From a virus: a stretch of DNA of 64,000 nucleotides. The notes beneath the pieces are model-generated. The model was not told the origin of the DNA. It worked only from the letters and a program-made list of their open reading frames with translations, and searched no databases. A program made the position numbers and the translations under genes. Shown here one piece after another: positions 28,406 through 40,450 of the stretch. The first letter of the stretch is position 1, and each line of letters begins with the position of its first letter. The stretch lies in IMG/VR virus record IMGVR_UViG_3300001305_000002, positions 29,340 to 93,339 of that record; one strand, written 5' to 3'.

Positions 28406-28768
28406 TCACATCTTCATAATTAGTTCAGTAACCTTATCAAGCTCCCCTAGTAGTTCATTAAGATTATCAAGTCGTTCCTGAGTAATCTTGATTTCGGCGA
28501 GAATCTTCTCACGCGGGCCACCTACAGCCTGAGTAAATGCCTTATCAACATCAATCTCGTCGGGCATAATCTCCCACGCCCAACTCTCAGCCCATACAAG
28601 ATTAGTAATGCCAGGAAACTCTACTCCAAGAGAAAAGCTGCCGACATTTCGTTCATTTGCCCTGACAACTTTGCCGACAAGTCCTTGAAGCTCAGCCCGT
28701 CGGCTATCACCATCATAGCGAACACGCTTGCCTACATAATCCTGAGCAACAGTAATAGTATCGTACAT
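28406..28768 (-). CDS. Hypothetical protein (SH3-like N-terminus, coiled-coil C-terminus)
   Basis: VGKRVRY...GLVGKVV...LGVEF; AAAGGA RBS. Confidence 0.55.
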   Translation of the reverse strand: MYDTITVAQDYVGKRVRYDGDSRRAELQGLVGKVVRANERNVGSFSLGVEFPGITNLVWAESWAWEIMPDEIDVDKAFTQAVGGPREKILAEIKITQERLDNLNELLGELDKVTELIMKM

Positions 28769-29408
28769 GATGTTCCTTTCGTTGATGTGTGAGCTTAGCC
28801 TAGTACATCAAAGCAAGTGTGTCAAGTAGAAGTGTGGCCACGGATCTTGACATCATCCTAAGAAGGAATCCGCTCCCCTGCCACATCTACCGGCTTGCGG
28901 ATCTCACATGGAGAACACTATCACACGGCAGCTCAAAGAGATAGGGCTGGACACATCTTTTAAATGTGCTGAGATATCTCTTTAGTAATTAATCATATCA
29001 AGAGTATCCGCAAAGTCAGGCTCAACTTCGTCAAGCTGCATCAGAATGATGTGCTTAGTAATAACATCACCATTACGGTGAGCCTGGAAAAGAGCATTGA
29101 GAAGGTCAATGTAAGTAACCATAATTAATTCTCCATTCACGAATGATTATGACATAAAACTGATTAACCGTGAGGTTATCATTGTACTCTTAGCCCGATT
29201 TGATCGGACAGCCTCACGCCATTCATAAGAGCCTAAAACTTATTAATCTTTCTTTTTGCTAGACTTTTTATCAAGACCCGCAATGCTGCGAGCAAGATCT
29301 CTTTGCTTTTTCTGATCTTCAGGCAAGATCTTGCTCGCAGCACGCTCTACTTTTCTTTGCTCTACTCTACGTCCTCGACTCTTCATACATCAGAGTCTAA
29401 CAGCAACC

Positions 29409-29996
29409 TCACTCAGAGGCAAGTGCAGCCTTGAGGTTTTTCTCAGTGATTTCCTCACCATCAGCATCCATCTTAGCAAGCATCTTCAGAACGTCATCCT
29501 CACTGACAGGCTCACCGTTTCCGGTAACCTCATCAAGAAGAGAGTCTACCTCAGCCTGAGCATCGTTGTCAACGACGTGAGTCTCATCATCAATAACAAC
29601 AGGAGTAACAGGCTCATCGCCGGAAGACTGAGCATCGGTGTCAGGCTTAGCAATAGCCTCCTGAGCGCTAGCGTAAGCAGCCAGGATATCGCCCTTGATG
29701 CGACCACGATCACCAACGGTGTAGCCGTTAGCACGCGCCCATACGCGAATCTTGTCTACGTCGCTCTTAGCGCCAGCCTTAGCAGGCTTAGAAGTAACGA
29801 CTTCGATCACACGAGCAACCGCAATGTACTTGTCAAGCTTTTCGAAGTGACCTTCAAGGTGCTTACGGTTAGCCTCTCCCAGCTCAATCTCAAGCTTACG
29901 ACCAGTACGGGGGTCGTACATCGTAACAGTCTCGACACCGTTCTTAATCCGACTGTCAAGGTCGTCAGAAAGATTCTCGATAATCCGAGTAGCCAT
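29409..29996 (-). CDS. lsr2: Lsr2-like nucleoid-associated protein with acidic tail
   Basis: LSDDLD...EIEL dimerisation domain and IRVWARANGYTVGDRGRI DNA-binding domain. Confidence 0.85.
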   Translation of the reverse strand: MATRIIENLSDDLDSRIKNGVETVTMYDPRTGRKLEIELGEANRKHLEGHFEKLDKYIAVARVIEVVTSKPAKAGAKSDVDKIRVWARANGYTVGDRGRIKGDILAAYASAQEAIAKPDTDAQSSGDEPVTPVVIDDETHVVDNDAQAEVDSLLDEVTGNGEPVSEDDVLKMLAKMDADGEEITEKNLKAALASE

Positions 29997-30712
29997 TGTG
30001 GTAAATTCCTTTCGGTTAGGTTGGGCTTGTTTGCCCTGTTGAAGAGAACTTTACTAGGTGTTGCTGTACTTGTCAAGTTATAAAAACGAGAGCATGTGAT
30101 GATCATCTGCTTCTATGACGCCAGTTATTTGATCATATGCCCACATTGGACGACCAGTATTTTAACGTCTCCACATACTATCACATGCTCTCGGGTCTCT
30201 CAATATGTATCAAGACATTCTGTAGTGACCAAATCTAGCAGAATGCCTAGGCAACTTTTTGGACAGGATGCCAAGCCTTACCCTCGGATTTGCCGTCTGT
30301 AATGATAGGCTCGCAGGTTTTGTTCCGATCCGAATACAATCTAGCAGATTAGTATCAGCAGGGCAAGTTGTTATCTACTCGTTGAGCAGTACGTCTGCCC
30401 TGCTGATACGTAGAACTTACCACCTCAAGTTGAAGCTGTCAAGCCTGACCCTTGTACCTGATGTACAGCTTAGCATCTACCAACTGCACATCAAAATCCT
30501 TGAGGGTAATATCAGGAATCTTTCCTTCTTTGATCATCTTGTAATTCAGTGCATTAGTCCACCAATACCCCTTTACCTGACCCCACATACCAGGCTGAGC
30601 CTTTAGTTCAGCAGCCAGCTTTGCATATACTGTAGGCTTTTCCTTAGGGGAATTGCTTGAGAACTGTTCAACAAGTGCCATTAATGATTCTCCTATAATA
30701 GATTATTATACG

Positions 30713-30788
30713 TGCCTCTAGCAGGAATCGAACCTGCGACTACTTCCGTACTACGGGAAGTTACTCTACCAGACTGAGTTATAGAGGA
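30713..30788 (-). ncRNA. Atypical tRNA with enlarged or over-paired anticodon loop
   Basis: CCTCTA/TAGAGG, D arm ACTC-AGTCTGGTA-GAGT, ACTTCC-CGTAGTAC-GGAAGT, T arm GCAGG-TTCGATT-CCTGC. Confidence 0.6.
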
Positions 30789-31035
30789 CAACTGACTTTG
30801 ATTTTAACTCAGCCGGAAACAAAGTCATAAACAAAACCGGCACAATATTAAAGTTCTGAAATTAGCTGACAACCCTTGCTATAACTATAAGTCATATTAA
30901 TGTTTGTCAACTCTTCAAGCCTATAGCAACGAGCTTCTTCAAATTGAGAATCAACGATACTAACAATAAGCATTCCTAGCAGGGCTGCAATAAATGCAAT
31001 GACTGCTGCGTGGATTTCTGAAACCATAGTGACTC

Positions 31036-31503
31036 CTAGATTCTTTCAAAATTGAGAACATACTTAGCATTGAATACGCCAGGACTACACGTCCCACAAC
31101 TGCGCTGTAGACGAGGCTTACGGATGAAATAAACTTTCTTGCTACAAAAAATGCAAATAGCTCGCCAATTAGAAATTGATGATACATCAGGTCGATCCTG
31201 ACTGCAACGCTCAGAAGGTAAACCAAATTTAATCATTTGATTCTTCCACGATACACCATGACCAGAGCCAGGAGTAAGGGCATGAGCAATTTCATGCATA
31301 ATAGTAAGTTTAACAGCTTCAGGAGTACGAATCTGAGTACGATAACGAGAAAGATAAATTACTCGATAATTATAACTACATTCCCCGTTAGTCTTTTTCT
31401 TGTTCATCCAATCAAAAGTATAGTGAGGAACATGCTTTCCAATAAGCTCTTTCGCCATAATCTCAGCATCAAACAGGTGCACGTTACTTACCCGCCTTTG
31501 CAC
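31036..31503 (-). CDS. SprT-like zinc metalloprotease
   Basis: TIMHEIAHAL, HGVSWK, and a C-terminal CxxC...CxxC. Confidence 0.85.
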   Translation of the reverse strand: MQRRVSNVHLFDAEIMAKELIGKHVPHYTFDWMNKKKTNGECSYNYRVIYLSRYRTQIRTPEAVKLTIMHEIAHALTPGSGHGVSWKNQMIKFGLPSERCSQDRPDVSSISNWRAICIFCSKKVYFIRKPRLQRSCGTCSPGVFNAKYVLNFERI

Positions 31504-31930
31504 GAATCAAGACAACAGTAGTGTAGTGCCAATACTTAGGATTAATAGCGCCAATATATGCTTTAAATTTACTGTCATAAGTCTTGTGACAACTTGCTTC
31601 AGGTGTATAATGCCATACCCAGTATTCAATTTCATTCTTACTGTAATCCTGAGCAATATCCATCTGGTAATCAATACTATCCATAATGATTTCCTCTCAA
31701 AGAAAAAGCTGGGTTGATGTTCTTACTGAGAACCTTACTAGCTCCAGCAATACTTGTCAACCCAGCTCACAAGGCTTTTCAGCCCCAATCAATGACTCCA
31801 TCAGCAAACTCTAGAAACATTGTAGCACACTCCTTGTAGTTGTCAGGCTTACCCGGCCATTGACATACATGACCATATGGTCCTATCGGCCTGTCACAAA
31901 CAGTACACTTACGTTCCTCTGACTCAGTCA

Positions 31931-32242
31931 TCAGCTCCACATGCTCCGACCCTTACGCTGCTCAGGAGCACTGCCAACAGCGCCACCCTTGCCTTTCTTA
32001 CCTCCGCGCTGCTCAGGAGGGGGGCCGACGCCACCACCCTTACGGCCGTTCTTAAGGTCAGAAAGCCCTGCGCGAATATCTCCGAGAGGCTTAGTCTTAC
32101 CTTGGGTCAGTTTCTTTAGGTCTCGCATTTCCTTAGCAGTCAAGCCCTTAGCATTGCCTCGGACTTCCATAAGCTCATCAATAGCAAGAGACCGACGCTT
32201 TTCCCGAGCTGCGTCCTTGTCCTTATTACCAAAAATACCCAT
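31931..32242 (-). CDS. Basic Gly-rich hypothetical protein with duplicated G(V/A)G..PEQR motif
   Basis: GGGVGPPPEQRGG / GGAVGSAPEQRKG. Confidence 0.55.
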   Translation of the reverse strand: MGIFGNKDKDAAREKRRSLAIDELMEVRGNAKGLTAKEMRDLKKLTQGKTKPLGDIRAGLSDLKNGRKGGGVGPPPEQRGGKKGKGGAVGSAPEQRKGRSMWS

Positions 32243-32882
32243 TAAGTTTAAATTCTCCTTAGTTAAGGTGTGCGTTTGCTTTGCGCTGAGCTAACTGTTC
32301 CATACGCTTACGTACTTTGTCAAGCTTTGCTTTGTCCTGCTTAATAGCTTCCGGTTGACTTTGACCGTAGCTAGGTGAAACACATGTGCTGCACATAGTG
32401 TGCCTCTTTCCCTTGTGTTTCACCTAGCCTAGCAAGTCAGCTCCAGGCTGTCAACCTATATAAAACATTGCTGTAGAGCACAGCATCAGGATAGCTACGT
32501 AGATAGTAGACATGACAACAAGAACAATAATATCAAACCCTTCAAAAAGCAAGGGTGAAGGCTCATCAGCATAAGCAATAAGTTGACTCATACCAACAAT
32601 AATAGCTGCTGTAGCAATAGCAATAATGCCAAAACCGTATACATAAATCATCGCTGACGCCTATTCTTGTGATATTCGGTAGGATCGATATGCACATAAA
32701 GCCATAGAGGCGCATTCGGTAGATCTGACATCTGCTCTAACTCATCAACAGCCTCTTGGCGATTGAAATCATTAGCCCAAACTCTGCCATCGATATAAAG
32801 AATAGTTCCTACCAGCAGCGCTCTTGGCTTAAACCTGATCATGTGCCTACCTCCTTAAGTAATACCAGGAGACTAGCAAACC

Positions 32883-33260
32883 TCAGTCTGTGCTGTCAAG
32901 CATATCTCCAAGACTCACCGGAGCAGGTTCAATAGGTAATCCATACTTTCTACGCTTAATGTTTTTCTGGCATGTTTTACACCTACGATATACATGCCTA
33001 CCATTTCGCTGAGAAGTCTCTTGAACATTATCAGGTGTTAATGGATGTCCTTGTTTACACACTGATTTGCGCGGAGCTGTCTTAATCATTTGCTCGACAG
33101 TTCTTTTAGGTGGTTGTGCCTTGGAAACTGATTCACCTAGCTTTTTTCTTTCCAGGTATCTTTTCTGTGCCTGTAAATGACAATAGCGGCAGTATGAGAA
33201 CTCTCCAATAGAGTACCTATCCAGAAAGCCGCATTTTTTACATAAGTCTGTATTAGACAT
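32883..33260 (-). CDS. Cys/His zinc-binding hypothetical protein
   Basis: CKKC, CRYC, CKQGH...RRCKTC motifs. Confidence 0.6.
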   Translation of the reverse strand: MSNTDLCKKCGFLDRYSIGEFSYCRYCHLQAQKRYLERKKLGESVSKAQPPKRTVEQMIKTAPRKSVCKQGHPLTPDNVQETSQRNGRHVYRRCKTCQKNIKRRKYGLPIEPAPVSLGDMLDSTD

Positions 33261-33843
33261 TTCCACCTCTAAGTGCAAATCTTGTGCCACACTTTGCACT
33301 CTTAGAGGAATTACAAGATTGACATGATCTTACTAAATTAAACCAATGATCAGTACCGCCTTTAGCTAAAGGAAAATAATGATCATCGTGCATATTTGTT
33401 TCGATTTTATTACAATAGAAACATTTATCTTTAGCTATTGCTTTTCTATACTCAGTACTGAGTAATCTATCCAATTCGTCCATAATTTGCCAACTAACTC
33501 TTCTACGAGAATTAATTGCACGACGTAATTCAGGATTACTTTTATTATAAAGACTAGAATAAGCTATGGCATACTCACGATTTCGCCTATACCATAAACG
33601 TGTACGTTGCCTAGAAGCTTCTTTTTGTGCCTCAGTAAGGACACGACTTTTACTTTTTTCTAATATTATTTCTTTATTTCGCTGATAGTATTCAGAAGTA
33701 TAAATTTTAATACTATCAGCATTTTTAACTCTTTGCTCAGCTCTATATTGTTTATAGAACTCTACGCATTTATCGCACCTACACTTATGCTTAAGGTAAG
33801 TTGAAGTTTTACCGTGTTGCGGCTTTTTACCATTCGAACCCAT
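33253..33843 (-). CDS. HNH endonuclease
   Basis: CFYC...DDHYFPLAKGGTDHWFNLVRSCQSCNSSK. Confidence 0.85.
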   Translation of the reverse strand: MGSNGKKPQHGKTSTYLKHKCRCDKCVEFYKQYRAEQRVKNADSIKIYTSEYYQRNKEIILEKSKSRVLTEAQKEASRQRTRLWYRRNREYAIAYSSLYNKSNPELRRAINSRRRVSWQIMDELDRLLSTEYRKAIAKDKCFYCNKIETNMHDDHYFPLAKGGTDHWFNLVRSCQSCNSSKSAKCGTRFALRGGNV

Positions 33844-34992
33844 AAAAATTCCCCTAAAGAAAAGTTACCCATTAATACTTACTATATCGGTAACTTTTCT
33901 TTAGGGGAGTATTAAAGATTGCACTTATTGCATAAGTCTGTTCTCATACTGCCGCTCCTAAATAGATTTTACTATTTAGTTTTTATCGTCAGGTTCAAAA
34001 TTTATAATTGCTACTGAAAGAAATAGTAGTGACATTACAAATGGAATAATACTAGTAATATTATCAATAATTAGAGCTGTAATAAAGAATGCTGCCCAAA
34101 TAAAAGTAAATACTTGCCAGATCTTCACCTTAGCTCATTCCAGAAGCAGTAATTGGATAGATAACCCAAATTGCCCAACCAAGAATAGCAGTAAGGAAAA
34201 GAAGACCTACAGAATAGGCTATATACTTGAAAATATATTCATTCATGGCATCCATAGCATAACTGAATGTTACAATTACAGAAAAGCTTGTAATGACTAT
34301 AGAAATAATCAACAGAATCCAACCGAGTGTGGCTATCTGCATACCCATAGAGTTACTCCTTATATTCTTCTTGACTCGTTATATGGTAGTAACCACAACC
34401 ACCATCGTTTACGGTACATTCATAAACTCTAACCGGAACCTTATCACGATCAGAGGAATAGCTGATTTCATCTACCGCTACCTGTGCTCGATAGCCAGTA
34501 GTAAATGTAGTCTTACCAGGAAACTTATGGCATACCGGCATCGGTCGCCATTCTTCCTTGATAGGAGGTAGATAAGTTTCAAGGTCTACTCTATTATTCT
34601 TGCGAGGCATGTATATCTTTCTGTTAGTTTCCTGCGTTAGGAAATTCCTTTCTGAATTCCTCTTCCACAGTTTCGAATGTATGTTGCTGTATTTGATCAT
34701 ACACCCGCTGACTAGGCCACGGCAAGCCCAACTCAAATCCGTCTACCTTGATTTGCAGTTCTAGCTTTTCATTTTCCAGCACTGTAATACGATTCTTTAG
34801 TTCTTTATTCTCCTGCTTTAGTTTAGTCTTTTTCTTACTATCGCCAGAAAAAGCATCCTCATCTGTGAAGTGATCAACAATCATACCTGCAACAGAGAAA
34901 AAGCAAAGAACTAATATCAGAATCAACATAATCATACTCATACCTCCTAAAAAGGGGAGGATACTAGATCTAGTATCCTCCCCTTGCAATGA

Positions 34993-35427
34993 TTAAGAAG
35001 CCAATTCACGCTTACGAATCAGCGGTGCCATGAGATCAAAAAGAGCCTTAGCCCGAATGCGACCATTCTCTTCTCGAATCTCCTGCTGCTCAATACGAAG
35101 CGTCTCGGCGCGGATCTCCTGAAGAACACCGTCATCATCACGACGGTACACAATTCCAGCAGAACGGCAAGCATCGCACTTGCCTGCCTTGCGACCACGT
35201 CCAGTCTTGACAGTAAAGGTAGAGCCACAACCACACGTGCGCTCCAGGCTGTCAGATGCCTCAGGAACGTCGAAAGAATTAACCCGAGGGGTAACTACCT
35301 TTGTAGACTTACAGGCGTGACAATTGAGCTGAGGCCGACCACGCTTAACTTCACGGTTGAACGTCTTCGTACAGTTAGGAGAGACCTTGTCGCGGCACTC
35401 AGTAACAACGTAGGTAATCTTCATGAT
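34993..35427 (-). CDS. Multi-zinc-ribbon hypothetical protein
   Basis: Repeated C...GRP/GRK...CxxC modules. Confidence 0.55.
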   Translation of the reverse strand: MMKITYVVTECRDKVSPNCTKTFNREVKRGRPQLNCHACKSTKVVTPRVNSFDVPEASDSLERTCGCGSTFTVKTGRGRKAGKCDACRSAGIVYRRDDDGVLQEIRAETLRIEQQEIREENGRIRAKALFDLMAPLIRKRELAS

Positions 35428-35776
35428 GGTTCCTCTCGCTTGTTGTTGAGCAAACACTAACACGTCTTGGTCAAGCTGTCAACCTGTAACTCGAACCTTC
35501 ACAAGGTGACTTGCAGGCATCTCAAAATCACCCTGAGTAGTATAGACAGTAACCCAAGGTGTTCCGTCTGAGCCATCGTACCACTGAGTCAGTCGGTTGA
35601 CAACAGCAAACCCATACAAAGAATTATCGTTGTCTCCATACTCGTCACCGTCTAGATCAAGTTCATTACCTGGCTCGATATCATCAGCATAATGTGTTTT
35701 ACATGTGTCTATCATATATTACCTCTTTGTTTACTAAGAAAGCCGCATTGAGAACAGTTCTCAATGCGGCTGCTAA

Positions 35777-35914
35777 TTACTTTTTAATTCCTGTGCCACC
35801 ACAGATGCCACATGTAGCCTTACGAACCTTACCTGTGCCGGAGCAAGGGTGACATTGGCTGTTAAGCTTCTTAATAGCAAGACTCAGGCCAGCTTGATTA
35901 ATCTTCTTAGCCAT
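35777..35914 (-). CDS. Mini-protein with DnaJ-type CxxCxGxG zinc finger
   Basis: Hand translation ...CHPCSGTGKVRKATCGICGGTGIKK; AAGGA RBS. Confidence 0.65.
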   Translation of the reverse strand: MAKKINQAGLSLAIKKLNSQCHPCSGTGKVRKATCGICGGTGIKK

Positions 35915-36198
35915 TTTACTAGTTCCTTAAGATAGGTGAATAAGTAAAAACAATGCAGGATAGATTATAGTGAAATAAGCACCAACAGCAATGATATGAT
36001 AAATGATTGGCATATCATTGCTGTTGTAACCATTACGTTTAGCTAATTTTACTACCAGCCATCGCAGTAAGAAAGCTGTTAAGATGCAGATAGTAATCCA
36101 AATGCCTACAATAAGTAATACGATCATATTTATAACTTTCAATGAGTGTCTTATTTATACCAAAAGGATAACACTCATTGAAGGTTACGTCAATTAAT

Positions 36199-36558
36199 CT
36201 ACCACCAAATAGTCATGATGTACTTCCCTTGAGGGATAACACCATCCTTGAACAATCGATGAAGAATATGCCTTACGTCTAGTGACCTTTCATTAGTCCA
36301 ATCAATTTCAGGAATATCATTTGTATCAAAAGATGTCTGTCCTGGATTATCAATCCACTTCTGAACAATGTATTCATCACCTATTGAATCAAGCTCAGAC
36401 TCACCATCGACTGTAAACTCATGATAAGTATTCTGACCCATAAGTTCAAAAGGAATCAGATCAGTAATGCTGATTTCCTGATCATATAGCTCTTTGATCA
36501 GTTTTTCAAGATCACCATAAAAGAATACATTAACAGTTTCCATTTCAAGTTCAGCCAT
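36199..36558 (-). CDS. Acidic hypothetical protein (paralog A)
   Basis: C-terminus ILHRLFKDGVIPQGKYIMTIWW matches the neighbour. Confidence 0.7.
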   Translation of the reverse strand: MAELEMETVNVFFYGDLEKLIKELYDQEISITDLIPFELMGQNTYHEFTVDGESELDSIGDEYIVQKWIDNPGQTSFDTNDIPEIDWTNERSLDVRHILHRLFKDGVIPQGKYIMTIWW

Positions 36559-36569
36559 ATATTACATCC

Positions 36570-36872
36570 TCACCAAGAGATTTCGATAACATACTTACCG
36601 GCAGGAATGTAACCATCTGCACAAAGAAGATTCAGGATATTTCCAGTGCCGTAATACCAGAAGTGTCCATTCTCCTTCCAGTCTTCTGCTTCCTTCAGTT
36701 CAAAAGCATCAGCAAATTCATTTGTGACAGAATAGCTAAGATATCCGTTGTTGGCGCATTCCTCCATAGCGATGATTTCGATCTTATGTCCATAGCGTTC
36801 CTTAACGTACTTCTCAAGATCGAAGTATTCAACAAAATGCGTAGGCTTAGTAATCATACGAAGGTTATCCAT
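36570..36872 (-). CDS. Acidic hypothetical protein (paralog B)
   Basis: C-terminus ILNLLCADGYIPAGKYVIEISW. Confidence 0.7.
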   Translation of the reverse strand: MDNLRMITKPTHFVEYFDLEKYVKERYGHKIEIIAMEECANNGYLSYSVTNEFADAFELKEAEDWKENGHFWYYGTGNILNLLCADGYIPAGKYVIEISW

Positions 36873-37149
36873 GTGAACCTTTCAGATATAGAAACAGCTC
36901 GTTGATGAGCAAAACTTACCATCAACGAGCTGTGCTGTCAAGTCTACTGCCAACCTAAAGTTTCGGCTCTCATAACTAACTGATCATCTTCTTTAGTCAG
37001 GACTAGTCGAGTATCAGCAGGAAATGATTCTTCCCAGAATTCATTTGTCGTAGGAAATGTTACCTTACCGCCTAATAGATAAACCAGCCACCATACAATA
37101 GCTACTGCTTCATCTACGTTAGAAAAGATCTCTTCGTTTACTTTTTCAT

Positions 37150-37959
37150 TCATAGTCCTAGTATACCTCGATACTGCTCCCAACCTATAAAATTACGAGA
37201 AAGGCTAGGGGAGTGATCCATTTCAGGTCGAGCTTGATGCTCGAAAGGTGAAGCATGAGCAGGAGAATGATCTCTTAGACGAAAGAACAATTCAAAATCT
37301 TTCTCAATGTCTCTGACACCATCGTGAGTTTCATAGCTGACTCTAGCACACCTTGCTACCGAAACAGCAAGGAAGGCATCTTGGATTTTATCAAAATAAT
37401 TAATCCAGAAAGAATCCATAATGCGTTCATGGTCATCTACATAAGGAACATGCCAGTTATCGATACTTAATTCAACAGGCTTAGAATCAGAAATAGCTTT
37501 ATGCATAGCTTTAGCCAGATCATGAATTTCAGGCTGCGCATCAGGATGAAGCCTTTGAGCAAAGAACGAATCCCACTCAGTAGCCGAAACAATAGCCTTA
37601 TGTGGAATGAACGGCTCTAGTAGTCTATTAATGACTGACTTATGTACACCTAAATAATTTAGTTTATCTGTTCGTCTAATTGTACTGTATAAAGCTTCTC
37701 GCCACTCCCATCTTGCACTATCTGCAAGAAGTACAGGCAATTCTTCCCCGCCTTGCATACCTTTTTGCTCAGTAGGCCAGGATACAGGATAAGCTGTATG
37801 CTCTAATGCTTTAGCTCGCATCTTATGGTAAGGAATAGCACGAGAGCTAGCAGAATTACGAGAGAATGCACGATGAGTATTGAATTCAGCAAGAACAAAC
37901 CTGTGCATCGAACATTCGATGGTTGTTAATCTTTTCCCTGAAGGAGAAATACTATCAGC
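37150..37959 (-). CDS. thyX: Flavin-dependent thymidylate synthase
   Basis: AEFNTHRAFSRNSASSRAIP, HPDAQPEI, SVARCARVSY, HASPFEHQA; start position uncertain. Confidence 0.9.
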   Translation of the reverse strand, partial: ADSISPSGKRLTTIECSMHRFVLAEFNTHRAFSRNSASSRAIPYHKMRAKALEHTAYPVSWPTEQKGMQGGEELPVLLADSARWEWREALYSTIRRTDKLNYLGVHKSVINRLLEPFIPHKAIVSATEWDSFFAQRLHPDAQPEIHDLAKAMHKAISDSKPVELSIDNWHVPYVDDHERIMDSFWINYFDKIQDAFLAVSVARCARVSYETHDGVRDIEKDFELFFRLRDHSPAHASPFEHQARPEMDHSPSLSRNFIGWEQYRGILGL

Positions 37960-38656
37960 AATTATTTTGGCTGTCGGGTAAAACGGAACCATATTTATAA
38001 TCCTTTAAATAAGCAAGCGCTTTTTCTAATGTATCTAAGTTATCTTGGAACATGCCTAAACCAGAATTGCAACCGTAGCAAATAAGTCCTCGTACACATT
38101 TTCCACAACTCGTATCGCCTGAACAGCAACTATGATCATGATCTACATATAGAGGTTTACTTAATGGAGCCTTATTACAAATTTTACATACTGCATTTTG
38201 CTCTTTTAAAATTCTTTGATAATCCAAAGCAGTCATGTTATATCTAAGGCAAGCCCTACAGCGACGGCATATGCTGTCTATACCACCAGAAAGACCTTTT
38301 GCAGGACCAAAAGAATTGACAGGCAACCATTGATGACATGTGTTGCAAATCTTTTCGTGCCCTCTAAAATTTTGCCTTACCTGTTTACCAGGAATAATAG
38401 GCTGCAACTCATAACCTTTATTTAACTGTTTTTGATGCCCTGCGCATAATCCTGTAGAAGCAAAAGCTCTAGGCGTACAGCAATCTTCAAAGACACAAGG
38501 AAATTTTGGTTTAGTTAAGTTTAACGAACTTCTATATTTTTTAATGCAAGACTTACATTCAGTAAGTTTTCCATCTTTATGTCTTGCACTATTAGAAAAA
38601 TTTTCTAGAGATTGGGGGTTAGTCTGTGAACAATTTTCATTCTTACAGTTTTTCAT
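37955..38656 (-). CDS. Free-standing endonuclease VII-type (His-Me) homing endonuclease
   Basis: QNAVCKIC...VDHDHSCC...CGKCVRGLICYGCNSGLGMF. Confidence 0.85.
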   Translation of the reverse strand: MKNCKNENCSQTNPQSLENFSNSARHKDGKLTECKSCIKKYRSSLNLTKPKFPCVFEDCCTPRAFASTGLCAGHQKQLNKGYELQPIIPGKQVRQNFRGHEKICNTCHQWLPVNSFGPAKGLSGGIDSICRRCRACLRYNMTALDYQRILKEQNAVCKICNKAPLSKPLYVDHDHSCCSGDTSCGKCVRGLICYGCNSGLGMFQDNLDTLEKALAYLKDYKYGSVLPDSQNNC

Positions 38657-40450
38657 TTTAGCCTCCTATACATATCTTATCATATACTCGGCTAAAACAA
38701 AATAGCCTCGGCTAAAACTTATACAAACAATTCAATAACTTCTAGTTTAGCAGTATATACTTTTGCTTTCGGGTAATTTTCCTTAAATGCTTTGGCCTGA
38801 TCAAGTGTCCAAAGTTTTACAAGGATAGGATTGCCTTCAATATTTACTGGCAACTGCCCAAAAAAGTAATCCTCAGTAGAGGGGTTAGCACCACTTAGAT
38901 CACCAATAACAATTTCTGGTCCTGGAATAAAATCTATTCCTGTATTAACAATATCACTCATTTAATCTCTTCCTTTACGATAATCTTCTCACGAGCACTT
39001 AACTCGGATGCACCTGATTCTATCACCTTAAGATCAGAACTGAAACCATAGCCGTTACCATAGACCTTGAGAGGTTTCGTGAAGCGGTCTCTAGCAGCCC
39101 TCAACTTGCCGTAGAGAATTGAATTAATCTCTACGGTCCCAGACTCCATCAGCGCACAAATCTCGGCATAATTCAATTCAACGGTTGCTATCTCTTCTAT
39201 CATTTTATCCTTCTAGGCTAACTCGAACCTGGTGTCCTTATTGATAATAGGTTTTACTTGCCTAAATACAACATGGTTATATTCTCCTTCAACTTTAAGC
39301 GATCCATCCTCATTAAGTTGAGTAGCATGATACTCATCTGGCAGGAACCATTCATCTGATTTAGTCCTCACTACCAGAAGTCCATCATGACAGGATAGGA
39401 AACTACTACCGAATGCAGAACCTCCTTCAAGGATCTTCTGTGCGTATGCTGGTGACATACTCGGCATTGCTCTAGCCTTCCTTTTCCAGTTTACTGAAAG
39501 AACCTTGCATTCCTCCAAAAGGAATATAATCGTTAGCAAAATAATCCATATGAAGATTCCTGGTAACAAACTTTGCATGATCAATATTAGCAGCCTGCAA
39601 AGTTACCTCAAGAACTACTTCACCTTTACCATTCCATATTGTGTACTTGTACATCATCTTTCTCTCTAGTTTGAAGTGTAGGTAAGTATGTATTCCTAGG
39701 TAGATCCTAGGATCATCTTTTCCTTCTGTTCCTCTTGATCTCTTTTCTTTTTTCAATCAACTGAGCAGAAGGAGCTTTCCAATCATGCCAGGAACCATTG
39801 AACCATAGTTTACTCGTATGATAACAATTGCAGATAGCACAATCCAATGAATAATTGTGCTTCACAGCAAATCTTCCTGCCTGACAATCTCAGTAACAGC
39901 CTGCATCTGGAGAATCTCATCAAAGCTTTCTCGTTCAATGAACTGTTCTCTGAGTTTCTTGTATTTGTAATAAGGAACTGCTACTTCAAAGTAGAGGACT
40001 TCTTCAGGATCATCCCAATACTGCATAGCCATTACTACAGTAATCTCATAACGCTGAGAGTTTATCTGAGATAGCCCTGAATCGATTCTCAGCCAGTTGA
40101 CCAATCTGCCGACTTCTTCTTTCGTCTTGCATCTTACTTTGATAGGTTTCTTAAACCAAACCATAACGTTTCCTTAGTCTCTGTTTGATTTGCTCTTTAT
40201 TAGGTTCTTGCCATTGGTGAAGACCAAAGCCTTCAATCCATACCCATCCGTAACCTTTAGTATGCCAATCTTGATCGCATACTCCACACACTATCATACT
40301 CATATCTTGATCCTTAGCGAGAAGTTGAAGTGTAGGTAAGTATATATTCCTAGTAGAGGGCTAATCTTTCAAGATTCATCTGAGAGATCTGTAACCTGTG
40401 AGATCTACCTAGGAATATATACTTACCTACACTTCAAACTACACTGATTT

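Noticed and set aside
29331-30083. 250-aa + strand ORF
   Set aside because: Antisense to the clearly recognisable Lsr2 gene
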